This document shows, in pieces, positions 27,401 through 38,638 of a stretch of DNA of 64,000 bases. The stretch covers positions 56,948 through 120,947 of the forward strand of contig NMRA01000776.1 in the NCBI GenBank assembly GCA_002633005.1. The letters are read 5' to 3'. The notes under the pieces were generated by a model that ran no database searches, was not told the origin of the DNA, and saw only the letters and a program-made list of their open reading frames with translations. How positions within the stretch are numbered: position 1 is the stretch's first letter; every line of letters starts with the position of its first letter. The DNA is from Phoronis australis (Eukaryota; Animalia; Phoronida). The position numbers and the translations under genes are program-made.

Positions 27401-27805
27401 GATGAATTTCTAGTTCCCCGTGTGCCGTACCCTAACCTGTATACAGCCTCTCGAAATCCCTAGCCCGATGTGACAATTGCCTCTAGGCAAGCTATCACGC
27501 CGCAGCTCGTGTGCCGCCGTGTAATTTTCAAAGCACACACACTGCCACTGCCACTGGGTGCTCCAGTCCGGAGTCCAAGTCCAACTTCCGTTCCACGACA
27601 AGGGCAAGGGCCGGCTAGGTGGATTTTAGCGAGCACAACCACAGATTTGCTTTCAAATTTAATACATTCTAATTTCATCACGTCATGTTGGTATACCGAC
27701 GTGTTTTATTGGCATGACATTGCATTCTAAACTGTTTTCGCACTTACCACCGCCAGCGCCCGTAACAAGAACAACCCTGCCGTCAAAACGCAAGGGGGCA
27801 GACAT
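6368..27805 (-). CDS. HSD17B4: Peroxisomal multifunctional enzyme type 2 / D-bifunctional protein (SDR dehydrogenase + hydratase 2 + SCP2), spliced gene
   Basis: Hand-spliced GT-AG exons (minus): 27748-27805, 25772-25825, 25123-25230, 24124-24183, 23412-23565, 22477-22541, 21680-21802, 20216-20332 (duplicate 19178-19294), [one exon missing], 18151-18248, 17040-17118, 16190-16347, 15229-15352, 14095-14337, 12744-12850, 11671-11757, 9742-9828, 8345-8477, 7739-7869, 6368-6457. Phases are consistent and total 2076 nt. Motifs: [51 protein letters not shown]-terminal AKL*. Confidence 0.97.
7739..7869 (-). CDS. HSD17B4: HSD17B4 SCP2 exon ([15 protein letters not shown]...[18 protein letters not shown])
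   Basis: 131 nt, SCP2 domain. Confidence 0.95.
8345..8477 (-). CDS. HSD17B4: HSD17B4 SCP2 exon ([40 protein letters not shown])
   Basis: 133 nt, SCP2 domain. Confidence 0.95.
9742..9828 (-). CDS. HSD17B4: HSD17B4 exon ([29 protein letters not shown])
   Basis: 87 nt, canonical sites. Confidence 0.92.
9901..11037. mobile_element. Non-autonomous Tc1/mariner-superfamily-like element in an HSD17B4 intron
   Basis: TA|ctgtaaact ... agtttatgg|TA termini with repeated subterminal gcccactg(c/t)t(t/c)gggtaa motifs near both ends. Confidence 0.6.
11370..11413. repeat. Short tandem repeat (tcctacattttagcg)x3
   Basis: Seen directly. Confidence 0.85.
11671..11757 (-). CDS. HSD17B4: HSD17B4 exon ([29 protein letters not shown])
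   Basis: 87 nt, canonical sites. Confidence 0.95.
12744..12850 (-). CDS. HSD17B4: HSD17B4 exon ([35 protein letters not shown])
   Basis: 107 nt, PILHGLC motif. Confidence 0.96.
14095..14337 (-). CDS. HSD17B4: HSD17B4 exon with hydratase-2 catalytic motif ([14 protein letters not shown])
   Basis: 243 nt, MaoC-type motif. Confidence 0.97.
14745..14835 (-). mobile_element. Degenerate tRNA-derived SINE head
   Basis: Minus strand has A-box-like tggcctattagg and B-box-like ggattcgattc at tRNA-like spacing; no full cloverleaf. Confidence 0.4.
15229..15352 (-). CDS. HSD17B4: HSD17B4 exon ([41 protein letters not shown])
   Basis: 124 nt, LHGEQ and DKGSG motifs. Confidence 0.96.
15497..15563. repeat. 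Minisatellite (tca[g]ccaccctc)x~6
   Basis: Seen directly. Confidence 0.85.
16190..16347 (-). CDS. HSD17B4: HSD17B4 exon ([32 protein letters not shown]...IDMTK)
   Basis: 158 nt, PTF motif. Confidence 0.94.
17040..17118 (-). CDS. HSD17B4: HSD17B4 exon ([26 protein letters not shown])
   Basis: 79 nt, start of the hydratase domain. Confidence 0.92.
18151..18248 (-). CDS. HSD17B4: HSD17B4 linker exon ([32 protein letters not shown])
   Basis: 98 nt, CAG/GTGAG sites, phase 1 to 0 fits its neighbours; the linker is poorly conserved. Confidence 0.8.
18280..18830 (+). mobile_element. Penelope-like retroelement remnant (RT C-terminus + GIY-YIG endonuclease fragments)
   Basis: Decayed peptides [32 protein letters not shown] (cf. 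TVYRKPTHTDQY), [17 protein letters not shown] (GIY-YIG) and [13 protein letters not shown] (cf. LNRDxG). Confidence 0.82.
18730..18773 (+). ncRNA. Minimal type I hammerhead ribozyme motif of the Penelope-like element (probably decayed)
   Basis: agtcg-CTGACGA-a-agccgat-tgta-gtcgact-GAAA-cttt-cgact: stem I agtcg/cgact, stem II with one mismatch, both conserved core boxes. Confidence 0.65.
19178..19294 (-). CDS. HSD17B4: HSD17B4 exon, copy B (probable allelic duplicate of 20216-20332)
   Basis: Identical exon inside a ~1 kb near-identical duplication joined by a single N. Confidence 0.8.
20216..20332 (-). CDS. HSD17B4: HSD17B4 exon ([38 protein letters not shown]), copy A
   Basis: 117 nt; identical copy at 19178-19294 across the N at 20206. 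Confidence 0.9.
21680..21802 (-). CDS. HSD17B4: HSD17B4 exon ([41 protein letters not shown])
   Basis: 123 nt, catalytic Lys of YxxxK. Confidence 0.96.
22477..22541 (-). CDS. HSD17B4: HSD17B4 exon ([21 protein letters not shown])
   Basis: 65 nt, catalytic Ser and Tyr of the SDR. Confidence 0.96.
23412..23565 (-). CDS. HSD17B4: HSD17B4 exon ([50 protein letters not shown])
   Basis: 154 nt, NNAG SDR motif. Confidence 0.96.
24124..24183 (-). CDS. HSD17B4: HSD17B4 exon ([19 protein letters not shown])
   Basis: 60 nt, canonical splice sites. Confidence 0.95.
25123..25230 (-). CDS. HSD17B4: HSD17B4 exon (NDLGG...[18 protein letters not shown])
   Basis: 108 nt, canonical splice sites. Confidence 0.95.
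25670..25764. repeat. Minisatellite (aacaacagtgtgtaattc)x~5 beside the exon 2 donor
   Basis: Seen directly. Confidence 0.85.
25772..25825 (-). CDS. HSD17B4: HSD17B4 exon ([19 protein letters not shown])
   Basis: 54 nt, CAG acceptor, GTAAGT donor. Confidence 0.95.
26075..26140 (+). mobile_element. Degenerate tRNA-derived SINE head
   Basis: ctagtggttagaatgctggact...ggttttaatccc resembles A box, anticodon arm and B box. Confidence 0.4.
27748..27805 (-). CDS. HSD17B4: HSD17B4 coding exon 1 ([19 protein letters not shown])
   Basis: ATG at 27805, GTAAGT donor, start of the TGxxxGxG Rossmann motif. Confidence 0.95.
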
Positions 27806-28100
27806 CTTTCTTGTTGGTGGATAGAAAATATGAGTGATGGTAATAACTTCAAAATTAAAGCAGCTGCATTCCGCATCGTTTTTTATTAGGACATTTCTGG
27901 TCAATACATCATATAATCTATATATAAGAGAATATTATTGACTCAAAAAAGTCAAAATACTGAATAATATTTTATTTTTTTTACTTCATCGAATCATATA
28001 GTTCTTCGAACTCAATCAAAGGTCAAGGTGCGACTGTCATATTGATGTTCGCTGATAAAACGATTTTGGGGTTTGCGCAAAAAATTTATCAAGGAAAATA
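27806..28100. promoter_or_regulatory. Probable shared (bidirectional) promoter region of HSD17B4 and KXD1
   Basis: Head-to-head gene arrangement; possible plus-strand donor ggtcaag|gtgcga at about 28027; transcription starts cannot be seen from sequence. Confidence 0.4.
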
Positions 28101-29110
28101 GGCTTTATGCTCGATATATCTACTCAGTTTTTGAAGTCTTTGGAATTTAGCTCAAAATCTACAAATCATGTGTTTTCTCCTTGGACATTTTGGTTGAATC
28201 AGGGAACTAAGGACGATGGTCGACGAAAGGGTTTGTTTATGTTTTTGTCAACCACTCTGGAACTTTAGGCAATTACATGGCCCTGGATGCCGCAGGCATA
28301 CAGGCAACCGAGGGGCTACCTGTTGCCTATCTGGAACTCAGCATTCTAACCACTTCATTACTGAATCAATAGATTTAGGACGATGAGTGTGTTCAGTAGT
28401 ATGTTAGTTGCTGTGCTTGAACTGGGTATGCCACTTGCCTATCCCTCAATCCCTCATGCATAAACTAAAATCCTGTGTCAAACTTGGCAATTCACTCAAA
28501 TTTTATCACTTGGTTTTAATCAAACTTCACTGCCCTAACATAATGATGTAAATTTCAACCAATATTTATTGACTTTTTTCAACAATTAATACGACAACAA
28601 TTGATCATTCACCCATGCATAAATTCTCCGATTTAGAGACACGAACACCGTTTCCGTATCAGAATTCCAATATGGGGGATACGAGCGGCTCTTTTTGGAA
28701 TATATTTTGCAATTGCATGTGAAACGATAAAATGAATACAAAACTTTACCATTCGGAATGTTTTGTTGTTTAAATATAGTACAGATACTCACAACATCCG
28801 TGTTGCTTAAATCTTCAATCTTTGTACAAGATTTACCTAGTCTAAATTCTTACTGTATTAGGCAAATACCTGGCAGCGCAGTTCAACAGCAAAAAACAGT
28901 GTGATGTACATGTACAATCAAAACGAAATACCTCTGAGAATGTTTATGAAAAGTCTGTTACATGTGTCAAAATTCACTTTACACGTAGGCAGTTTTTTCT
29001 TGGTTACAATAATTTAGTTTCAAATGTGTTAGAGTGAAGTCTCCCAGTCGTGAGGTCTATTTGCTCTCATGTAAAACTTGTTTATTGGCGTAATTTTTTT
29101 CTGATTTCAG

Positions 29111-29124
29111 AGAACCTGCAAATT
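29111..29124 (+). other. KXD1: Candidate 14-nt 5' UTR micro-exon of KXD1
   Basis: Polypyrimidine tract ttttttctgatttcag, then agaacctgcaaatt, then gtaagt. The KXD1 ATG exon has its own acceptor at 30344, so upstream UTR exons are implied. Confidence 0.45.
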
Positions 29125-30352
29125 GTAAGTGCTGGTGTGGACAAGTGTCGTTTCTCAGAATAGACTACTCTCAGAGGTACGAACTGTAGGGCTACAAATA
29201 TCTTAACTGACGAACCAGTTTGGTGAATTTTGTCGAAACTCACTTCCCGGGAGTCTCAATAAAACCCACCATGAAATCAGGGACCTGTTTCGGAAAATTT
29301 GATTTCATTGGTAATTCTGTTCTTGCAGTCCTTCTTACCAATTGCTAATTAGCAATTTAACCCAATGAGGTAAGAAATTATGAACTCACCACTGCCCAGA
29401 GATAGTTTACAAAAAGTATATGTCAGTAATTAGCAGTTATAAGTTGATGTCCAGAGAGTTTGTATTCTTGCTCAAGAGAGATTTGATTATTCTCGAGTAG
29501 CTGCGTGAACAATAAGACCGAATTTATAGCTTGAGTTATTTTTCTTGAAACTGACTCCAGATCAAAAACCATGCTGTTGTTCGGAAATTAATCTGAAAAT
29601 TTTACTTGCAAATTTATTTTTGACTTTTCAAAAAGTCGATTTTTTGTTCTTGGAAATGACTGTAGTTTTCCATCTCGATTAAGTGCCCGTCTCTCTGCTT
29701 AACATAACATCATCTTGTCACGTGTTACCTGGCAAAATTCCCAGGTCGCCAATAGGGAAGTGACTTCACCAAAGACGGAAACTCCTCTCCAAAGCCTTCG
29801 CAAGCATGCAGCCCCGTCCTGTGTGCACAATAGTGATACTGACAGATCTCCTGTTCATCTCTTACCTGAGATTCCAGCAGGAAGCAGATTTTCTCAGACT
29901 TGTTGGCAACTAGCTAAAATTTGCCAAAAAAACAGGTCGTTAAATCAATCCTCAAAGTAGTATAAGATTGTTCCTGAACAGGAGAACATGGATTGTGAAT
30001 TTTATTATTGCTGTTGATCAATGATGTCTTGTGCTCGGAACTAGAAACTGGGCTTTATTTCATGTTACAGACCTCCGACCATATTACAAATATATTTAGT
30101 ATGTAGAAAGATGAGCACGTAATCTCTAAACCAAAATCTAGTTCGAGTGACTTATTTGATGTTTCTCAGCATTCATTGCTCAATTTTTCTGAGGCTGTTT
30201 AAATCATGGGTCTGCATAAAATCTTGTCTAAGTGCAATTGATACGTTTTTGTAATATCAAAATTTCAAAAAGGTTACTCCTTTTTGAAACTCCATGTACT
30301 TTAGATCAATTTCCTGTTAATTGTCGTACTTTATGATTTTTCAGTGAAAATA

Positions 30353-32621
30353 ATGGATGAGATTCCAGACGAAGCACTCCCGTCCAAATTGTTTCTTGGC
30401 TCAGTGACATCGCAAATCGATCGCCGAGATACTTATCAAATGCAAGATGCTCAACTCCACATGTAGGTTATGGTTTGAAGTCCTCTGTTACAAGACAAAC
30501 ATAATGGGACAAAACACTTTTTCTTCATAACAGTAATAAAAATGACTTGTATTGTAGCAAAATTCTATTACCATAATTATGGCTTGGCCACCGTTAGTAA
30601 CTTAAGTCTTCATCATTACTCATTAGACAAGATTACTATGTCGACAAATTCCTCTTTTGTCCAACCGTTATAGTGGGGAATTTCGGGTCGTTTTGTCTGA
30701 ATACTTAGTCGGGCACATATACATATGGCATGAAAGTCGCCTCCGGATCTCTTGATTTTGAATTGTCTTGTTGTCTTAGTGTTATGAATAAATTCTCAGC
30801 GAGCACAGCAGGTCTTCTGAACTGAGTAAGTGAAGGTGTGTGACTGGTTTTTCGGTCTCATAACCCTTAAAGTAAGATCCCAAGAGTTTTGGACAGACCC
30901 AGTTGCCAAAGTTGGCCCATGTCTAGGGCTTCTACCATTGAAATATTGCATCACGGTACGGTGGAAACAAAACTTGGAAGGGTTTCAAAAAGCTTTTCTT
31001 GGTGTTATTCATCTTTTATGCAAAAGAATGAGGCATTAGATTTCACTTTGTACAAAATCTTGCATAAATGGGTTTCTAAGCTCTGATGAAAATTTTGTAG
31101 CAGTTGTTCGGCCCATGAGTCTCTTCTACACTGTAGTATAAACTAAGATATCACAAGTATGTCGGTGGCTGCAGAGTATTTAGCTTTTGTAACTATGAAT
31201 CAGTTCTTGGAACCTGAAAATTGTCCCAAATTTTAAAGTGGAAAACAAAACACGCTAGAGTGCAGCATGAAAACGATGTTTCAATATTAGACAAATATCA
31301 TCCTCAGATACGATATTTTGATCCGTCTGACTGATGTACCTGAAGGTGATATTTAACTAATATCGAAACATTGTTTTCATAGCATCAGTTTTGTTTTCCA
31401 CTTGTAATTTGCCAATTATTAATATATTGCTGTCCCTATTTTACACTGGCCATTTTTCCAGGCTACAGAGATTTGAGAAGACTAATGAAATGTTAGTCAA
31501 CTTCAATGCTCTGTCTTTGGGACGGTACCAGACAACATTCCAAGACTTCAAATGTCACACTCAACTGCTTCTTGAGATGAAAAAAGACCTGGAGAATGTG
31601 TTTAGGAGAATCAGGTCAGACAGGGATTTCATTTCCCACTTGGCTAGCATATTCAGCGACAACCTCATTTGATTTGCGGTTAGTGTGCAGTATCAGTCAA
31701 TGTGTGCGCTACTAAAATACAACTGCTTACAGAAACACTACACATACAGCATGTGACAATTGTCGCAGAATGTTATTGTGTTTTTGCTTCATTCAGTTTA
31801 GTCATCGTATTTCATAACTTATTTTGTTTATCACCACTTTCTTAGAGCAGAAGATGAGTAATACTTCCTGTTCCTAGAACTGTTTGTCAGCATAGTGCAT
31901 CCTTTATTTGTTCGTCTTATTTGATATGTTAATTCGCATTTCTCTAGTCTCTCTCTCTCTATATATATATAACTTTCACTTGTATTTCATGTAGTAGCTT
32001 CAGTGCCTTCAGCATTAGTTGATTAGTAGTTGTTTCTCCGCATTGAGACTTGTTCCTACTCATGTAACGTTTGCGGTATTCAGTATACTAGTCAACATTC
32101 ATCTCTTGTTCTGTTCCAACGAACCACCTCATACAAAGCTGAACTGCATTTTTCCGTGTACTCCCACAACAGTTGGAGATGACATACCATTCGCCTCCCA
32201 TGATGGATTATTTTGGTCACAGCAAAAACGGTCAATGACTAATATGGCTGAAGAATGGTAATTACAGAGTGGCATGGCCACTTGTTTACCTTATCCGTTA
32301 ATTCCTCTTTATTTCTGTCAAGAGTACAGTTTAAACGTCTGCCCAGCATTCATGACATAATTTGTCTTCATACTGCAGAGTTGCTTGTGTTTTCTGTAAC
32401 CCATAGTAAATGGATGGACATTTTATTCTCTTTTCTGCTTTCTCAGGAACCTCAAGACGCGGCTTGCCAAACAACACACAGAGGCATTTACTGCTTGCAG
32501 TAATGTTTACTATGGCACAGATGATGAGGATGTTGTGAGAAATAAGCCAACGAGGTCAGCAACAGACATTGACAACAGTCTGTCGGAAACGACTGCTAGG
32601 AGTCGGGCTCCAACGTTATGA
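30353..32621 (+). CDS. KXD1: KxDL motif-containing protein 1 (BORC subunit), 145 aa, 3 coding exons
   Basis: Exons 30353-30462, 31462-31614 and 32447-32621 splice in frame: MDEIPDEALPSKLFLGSVTSQIDRRDTYQMQDAQLHMLQRFEKTNEMLVNFNALS...[31 protein letters not shown]...; RFEKTNEML and KKDL motifs. Confidence 0.93.
31267..31380. mobile_element. Hairpin MITE in the KXD1 intron
   Basis: atgaaaacgatgtttcaatattag..aaatatca pairs with tgatattt..ctaatatcgaaacattgttttcat. Confidence 0.7.
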
Positions 32622-35600
32622 TGCTAGTAACTAAGAGAGATTTTAGTTCCCCAAGATGTGCTGAACTGGGGTGTACTCTACAGGTCATGGATTTTTGTCC
32701 GATAGGTCTACGATGATCATTCAGCAACCGGTAGTCTGGCCATCTCCGACCAATCAACTGTCTGTTGGGAGCTCAGTCACCAAAGCGATCGCTACTAGGG
32801 TCGGAAATCATTAACATGCGGCAAATCATCGCCACATGCTGAGTCATATTTTTAAATTACTGAGCATTGTTACTGTGAAGTTGATGAAAATGAAAACCAA
32901 TTTGGATGCGGCGTAGCAGTAATGTCAGCTGTGAGGTGTTGATAAGAACTAGCAAAGGAGTGCGATATTTCCGAACAGTCACTCAGTCGTTTCTGACTTG
33001 TCAGACAAAAATTTGTGATGTTTGCTGTATCGTCAATAATGGCTTCTCAGACACACCAGCGTTATGATAATTTCGTGGAGATTTTTGCATTCAAGGTTGT
33101 AGGAATTCTTGAATAATGTCCAAAGTTGCTAAGTTGGGAACTTTGTGTCTCGGAAATGGCTGTTCGGATTCTCGGTTATAGGAATTTTGTGTATGACCAC
33201 CTATCAAAAGTTGCATAATATGAAAGGAAATTGTATTTTATGAAACTAACAGCAGATTTCATTAACTTGTATATCATTCGAATGAAATTTAGTTGTGTTA
33301 TTGATGCAGCTGTGTTGCTATCTCTTTTGCTAAATTTCACCAAAAAGACGTGGTTATTTGACCCAATTTAAGCCAGGCCTTTTAGTTTCAGAAAATGTAC
33401 ACTTTTATGGAGTTAAAAAGTTTATACTTTGTAGATGTTTGATTGATCTCTGTCTTGTTCATCCGATAAGGTCCTGCATAACCTAAAGTTAAATGTTCAG
33501 AGCCTGATAGAAAAGTTAGTTTCCTATGTACCCACCAGGGGATGGGCACTGCTGCCGTGATGCATATAACATGACTGTAATTGTTTTGGGGGACGTAATA
33601 GCCAGGATACATGTACATTATTGGTGGTTCATACAACTGGATATGTACAAGCTAGTGGTGCGATACAAATAATTTGGAGGATATTAATTTGACACCATAT
33701 TCCACCTGAGCTGGGCACTGATGGCGTAGTTGAATAAAGATGCTCAGAGACTGCCATATTGTTCTTAAAGTTAGCTTTTACCCTTGTGGTCTTAGCTTGG
33801 CTATTTAGCTTATGATCATTGACGCTGATAGATATAATTTGTGACTGTAATAGTGTTATTATAAAGGCTTTACTTCCTTTTCTTTTTATCCAGAGTAACC
33901 TTGTAGTATACAGTACTAGCCTTCTGACTCTGGGGTGGATTTAGTGAATGGCTGCAGGCCTTGCTAATTACCAGATTTTCCAAATCATTGGCGTTCTTGT
34001 TGTTTTATTTACCTATATACATTAACACCAAACGTTAGATTAAGAAGTATGGGAAGTGTTTGGTAGTCCTGAACATTTTGGGAATGGCATTACTGCCACC
34101 ATCAGACAATCTTGTGGATGTTTTTCGAAAAATGTTCTAACCGGTCTCACTCTCTTGACTTACGACCGATGCATTAGGAACAACCACAAATTGGTTTGTA
34201 TCATCTGTCTTAAATTAGCTAATCTATCTTTCATCCCAAAAAGCAAATCCTTGCGATTTAGACAAAGATTGGTGTGTTAAGTTGACGGGCATTCAGTGAT
34301 TCTTGAGTTGAGGAAATTTGACGATGGCCAAATGTTTTATGACTGAGACAAAAGAAACCACCCGTGACAAAGTATTAGACTTGAATAATGTATGCGATGT
34401 CATTTGTATACGAAACAATATTTTTTCAAAATATTCTTGGCGACGTCGAAATTCGACAGTTTCAGCACACGAAACCGCCAGTTGAAAGAATCTTGACAAA
34501 ATTTCGAAAGGTTTTGTTCAATCCACCGACGTCTTCGAAATCGCGACAACTGACAGTGCAAGTCCATTTCATAAGTAAACAGATAGCGGCTAGGCGCACT
34601 GAGTAAGGCTACATCTTGGACCCAAAGTTACTCCGTCCCTGCGAACAAAATTTCGACAAAAACGTTATTTCATACTGTTGTGGCCACATGCTGTAATTTT
34701 GGCAATTAATTCTCGTAGCAAGCTTGTGGCAGTGTGTCCAGTTTCTTCAAAACTACGGCACATTGGAGAGTAAGACGACTGGCTTGAAGACGCATACATG
34801 TAATTGTTGAACATTTCCACACTGAACAAGACGCATTTCTCTAAGCGCCACCTAGTGAATTCCCAGTTCCCAGCTGCATTGCTTTTCTACTATGACCGGA
34901 GTAGTGTTGCAATGTGGCAGGCTTGATGTCATTCTATGGGTTCAAAACCCAGCCACCTCCACTTCTGTTGGAAGTTTCATGCACATCTAAAGCGTTAATC
35001 ATGGGAAGTTTTGACTAAAATCTCAGCTGTAAAGAATCGCACAACCAACAGTACGGTTTTTTCCATATTGAAGTGAAAAATCTCAGTCATCCTCAGCCGT
35101 TAATTGTCCCAGCGAATTAAAGGGTTAATTTTTATTAATCAGGCTATGTTATGCTACAAATTAATCGCGAATTACTGAGTCGATCCTCCCAGTTTATCAA
35201 TACAACAATTTAAAGAATTCATACAATGCAACGAACCAATGGATATACCTAGGAAATGCAATAAATTGTTGACTTGTGACTCCTAAAGATGACGCGAGCT
35301 ATTTATGGAAATTTATAAATTCAACAAATGCTGCATAAATGACAAATACGACAAATACCGAAATTCGGAAATGCCATCAATGGATGAACCCGTAGAATGT
35401 CTCATTGTCCAGAATTAATGAGAGTCCAAGTCGCATCATGGCTTGCAGAAAAACTAAATAAATCCTAATTTGAGGTGACAGCAGTGGTGTAATGGAGGTC
35501 AAACGAACGTGTAAGCAGAATACCGCCTTTTGCTGTTTTAACGCGTACATTTACTGTTATACATGTACGATAACCCACTGACCATATCAACGCGCTGTCT

Positions 35601-35876
35601 ATACAGTACATGTACTTTCAGCGGCAATGACACTGTCGGTTACACAACTTGGAAAACAAGGACGAAGTTGACCAATCCAGTTTATGTAATCCCTGTTATA
35701 TCTAACGGGTACGCGATAACTCTGTGCATGTCACGCTTGCCTGTTTTTGACAGACTTTATAAAATTTTCAAAGATTTCTCCGAGCATTTGTGCATTAAAC
35801 GACAATGTTTTGTTTAGAGTACTAGATGTTAATCAATGTTAATAGGTCAAAATAGCGATTTGGATTCTTTATGCCT

Positions 35877-38638
35877 CAGTGGCGGATCTACGGGGGGTTC
35901 AGGGGGTTTAAACCCCCCCTCGGGCCAGGACCCAAAAAATTTAAAAAAAACAAAGAAAACAAAAACGTCTCCAGCAAAACAAAAACGGCACCGTCAGCGT
36001 GTGTAAACCCCAAGTAAACCAACTTGGAAAAAATGAGTGGGGGGATGCACTCTGAAAATATATTTTTTTTGCATTGTGGATTGATGTCACGAAAATCAAC
36101 GCATTTCGAGTTTTCGTGGCTCATCGGCAAAACCCCGGAGATCAATTGTGCGCGCGCTTTCGTCGACACTTCTGAAGTAGCCAAGCATTTTAGATGGATC
36201 CACCGCTGAAAGAGCAGCTCTATAGCTGATTTCTTTAGGTAACTAGTTTCATTACTCTAAGATATGTTTTGATTTGATTAGGGGAAATACTATGGTGCCG
36301 CAACCCTGATATTCAGGCGAATTGACGTGCAACGTTTTTAGCTCATCTGTCATGCCGTGTCATCCTATTACACTCCACACGTTTGTAACTCGAATTTGAC
36401 TGGTGTATAGAAACGTTGTCTTGCGCAGTATCATACAGTGTACATGTACATGTAATACTTTTGAAAAAAAAACTCGTTTTCCGAAAACTTGCTATTGTGG
36501 CAGGCTCCGTGGTATGGTTGCCAGTCTGTTCAAAGATGCACTCTAACAAGTTATGCCTATAGAGCTGGAATGACCAAGGGGGCACTCACATTGACAAAGC
36601 TAGTGACCGCATTCGCTGACAGTGTACAGTACCAGAAATTGCGGGAGGCTGTATTTTCACAACAAAGTCTTGCAGGACTCGTGCGATGTTCAATAGGCCT
36701 CCTAAGGATCTCTAGTGCCGACCTCAACACCTACCGTCTTTCTACCTGCAATAAGCACCACTGCCGTTTTCTATACTGGGAATTTCCGCATAAAGGCCCA
36801 CCCGACGAAACGTCCATGCCCACGGGCATTTATTTGATGTTAGTACTTCGGGGTTCAAGCGTTCAGACATTGGGACGTTTATTTTGAAAATTTGCAAGAG
36901 ATGCAAATGGGTCGTGGGATACATCGTCAAGGCGTGAAGTAGTTCATGATGAACGGATCAAATTTAGTTGCGCATGCTATAAGTCTTTTGAATGGACTTG
37001 GTAACCTCAGGGGGCTTAGTGCCAACTGAGCTGCAAAACAAGATGCTGACATTGTAGAGGCGTACAAGCTCATTAACACAGCAGTTGACGAAGTGCAAGT
37101 GTTGGGAACAAACGTCGAAGATGTCTGGGTAGAATGGTACATGTACGTTCCAAGAGGAGCAAACCATTGGATCCGATGTACAGATTCCTCGACAGTCTAG
37201 ACAACAGAAAGATAGGACCAACGTTCCTGGAGAAACACCCAGGTAATAAGTTATAATTGTACACAATTTGTAATAATGTCGGTTTTTTATGGTTTTGTAC
37301 AATGAAAACGAAATAGAAATTATTTTTGGACATGCCAAGCCAAGTTTACCCAGTACAGTAGAGGGTCTACGAGCGCACAGAAACTGATTCTGGTTTGTGT
37401 TTCTACTTGAGTCTATCTGCTTCATATCCAAAATCTATTTCACGTAGTTAAATCTGTACTCAATACTTGTTTCTTAAAGTGAGTACTACAGAACGATGCG
37501 AAAACCCTTCCTAGACAACCTCTCGCAGCAGTTGACCACCAGATGTGTAAACTACACGTATGAGCAACCACTGGGAATTAAAATGTGTCTAGAGAGAAGT
37601 TTTCAATTCAAAATTTTTTGAAAAGTACGTTTTAGGTCTCGCGACGGACCAGGCCAGCTTAATTTGTGTAAATACCGAGTTTCAGTGTACTTCTGGTCCC
37701 TCGGCGAACTAGTCTTGTGATGTTTTTTACCAAAGTATGCTTTATAAAACTATTTATCTCAGCCAGTACTATTTGGTCCCGCGAGAGATCGACCATTTTT
37801 ATAGGGATAATAAGCATAGGTGTACTTTTGGTCTCGTGACGGACCAGGCAAGAGTTTTTGTGTACTCTCAGTGTACATCTGGTCTCACTGCGAACTGCTC
37901 CTGTACATCTTTTGAGAACGGTGTACAGAACCTTTTGGTTTCGTGAAACTGTTTTCAGATGATTTGTTTCCTGATACATTTGATGTTTTTCAATTGTTGT
38001 CAACGTGATTCAGCTTAATAAAGTGATACTTAATTGTTTATTGTCACTTTTAATAATAGACTATGAGCTGAGAGCACCATCGTTTGCCAGTTTTTCTCGT
38101 AACGAGACAGAAAACATGTTTATTTCTGGACTAACAGTACAGGTCTTCGTTATTAAACAGCTTGAGGCTGTTGCGATCATCTGATATTCAAGTTTTTACG
38201 CCACGTCGGTGCTCCTTATGCTCTTGAATATTTGGTAGTTGTCCAAACCCCTGTATACACACCACACTTTTTCGTATGCTAAAAAGGTGTGTGTAAGCAG
38301 ATGTTCCAACAAAAAAAAAATTGCTGGTGGTGTGACTCATACCCAGATGTGCACAAATATGGTTTCACGAAACTTATGAGCCAAGTTCATGTGACGAAAT
38401 CGAGAAGGGTTTTTAATTATCTTAAGAAAAACTCCAGGGATATGTTAAGTGCCAGAAACGTACCAGGATGCATGGAAATTTCACTGTTTGGCTACAAAAA
38501 CAAAAAGTTGTCTTACATGGGAGGGGGTTTACCTCCCTCCCGACCTCCGCCCCCCGCTCGGCAACACGCGCCTCGGATTCGACCTTTTAGGGGATTCCTA
38601 ACCCCCCCCCCCTTACTGAAAACGTAGATCCGCCACTG
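35877..38638 (+). mobile_element. hAT-superfamily DNA transposon (2.76 kb, internally deleted) with a 5-bp TSD
   Basis: Perfect 16-bp TIR cagtggcggatctacg (35877-35892 and 38623-38638), TGCCT on both sides, transposase remnant inside. Confidence 0.9.
36980..37545 (+). pseudogene. hAT transposase fragment with an intron (37243-37479)
   Basis: QDADIVEAYKLINTAVDEVQVL...QIPRQSRQQKDRTNVPGETP|SEYYRTMRKPFLDNLSQQLTTR matches the PR..RQ..R.N.P..T.EEYYR....PFLD motif of PRKRIR/ZMYM-related hAT transposases; frameshifts present. Confidence 0.8.

Noticed and set aside
35110-35127. piggyBac-like end aagggTTAA
   Set aside because: No convincing partner terminus or transposase found in the window
36964-37431. 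155-aa minus ORF
   Set aside because: Antisense shadow of the hAT transposase remnant and its intron
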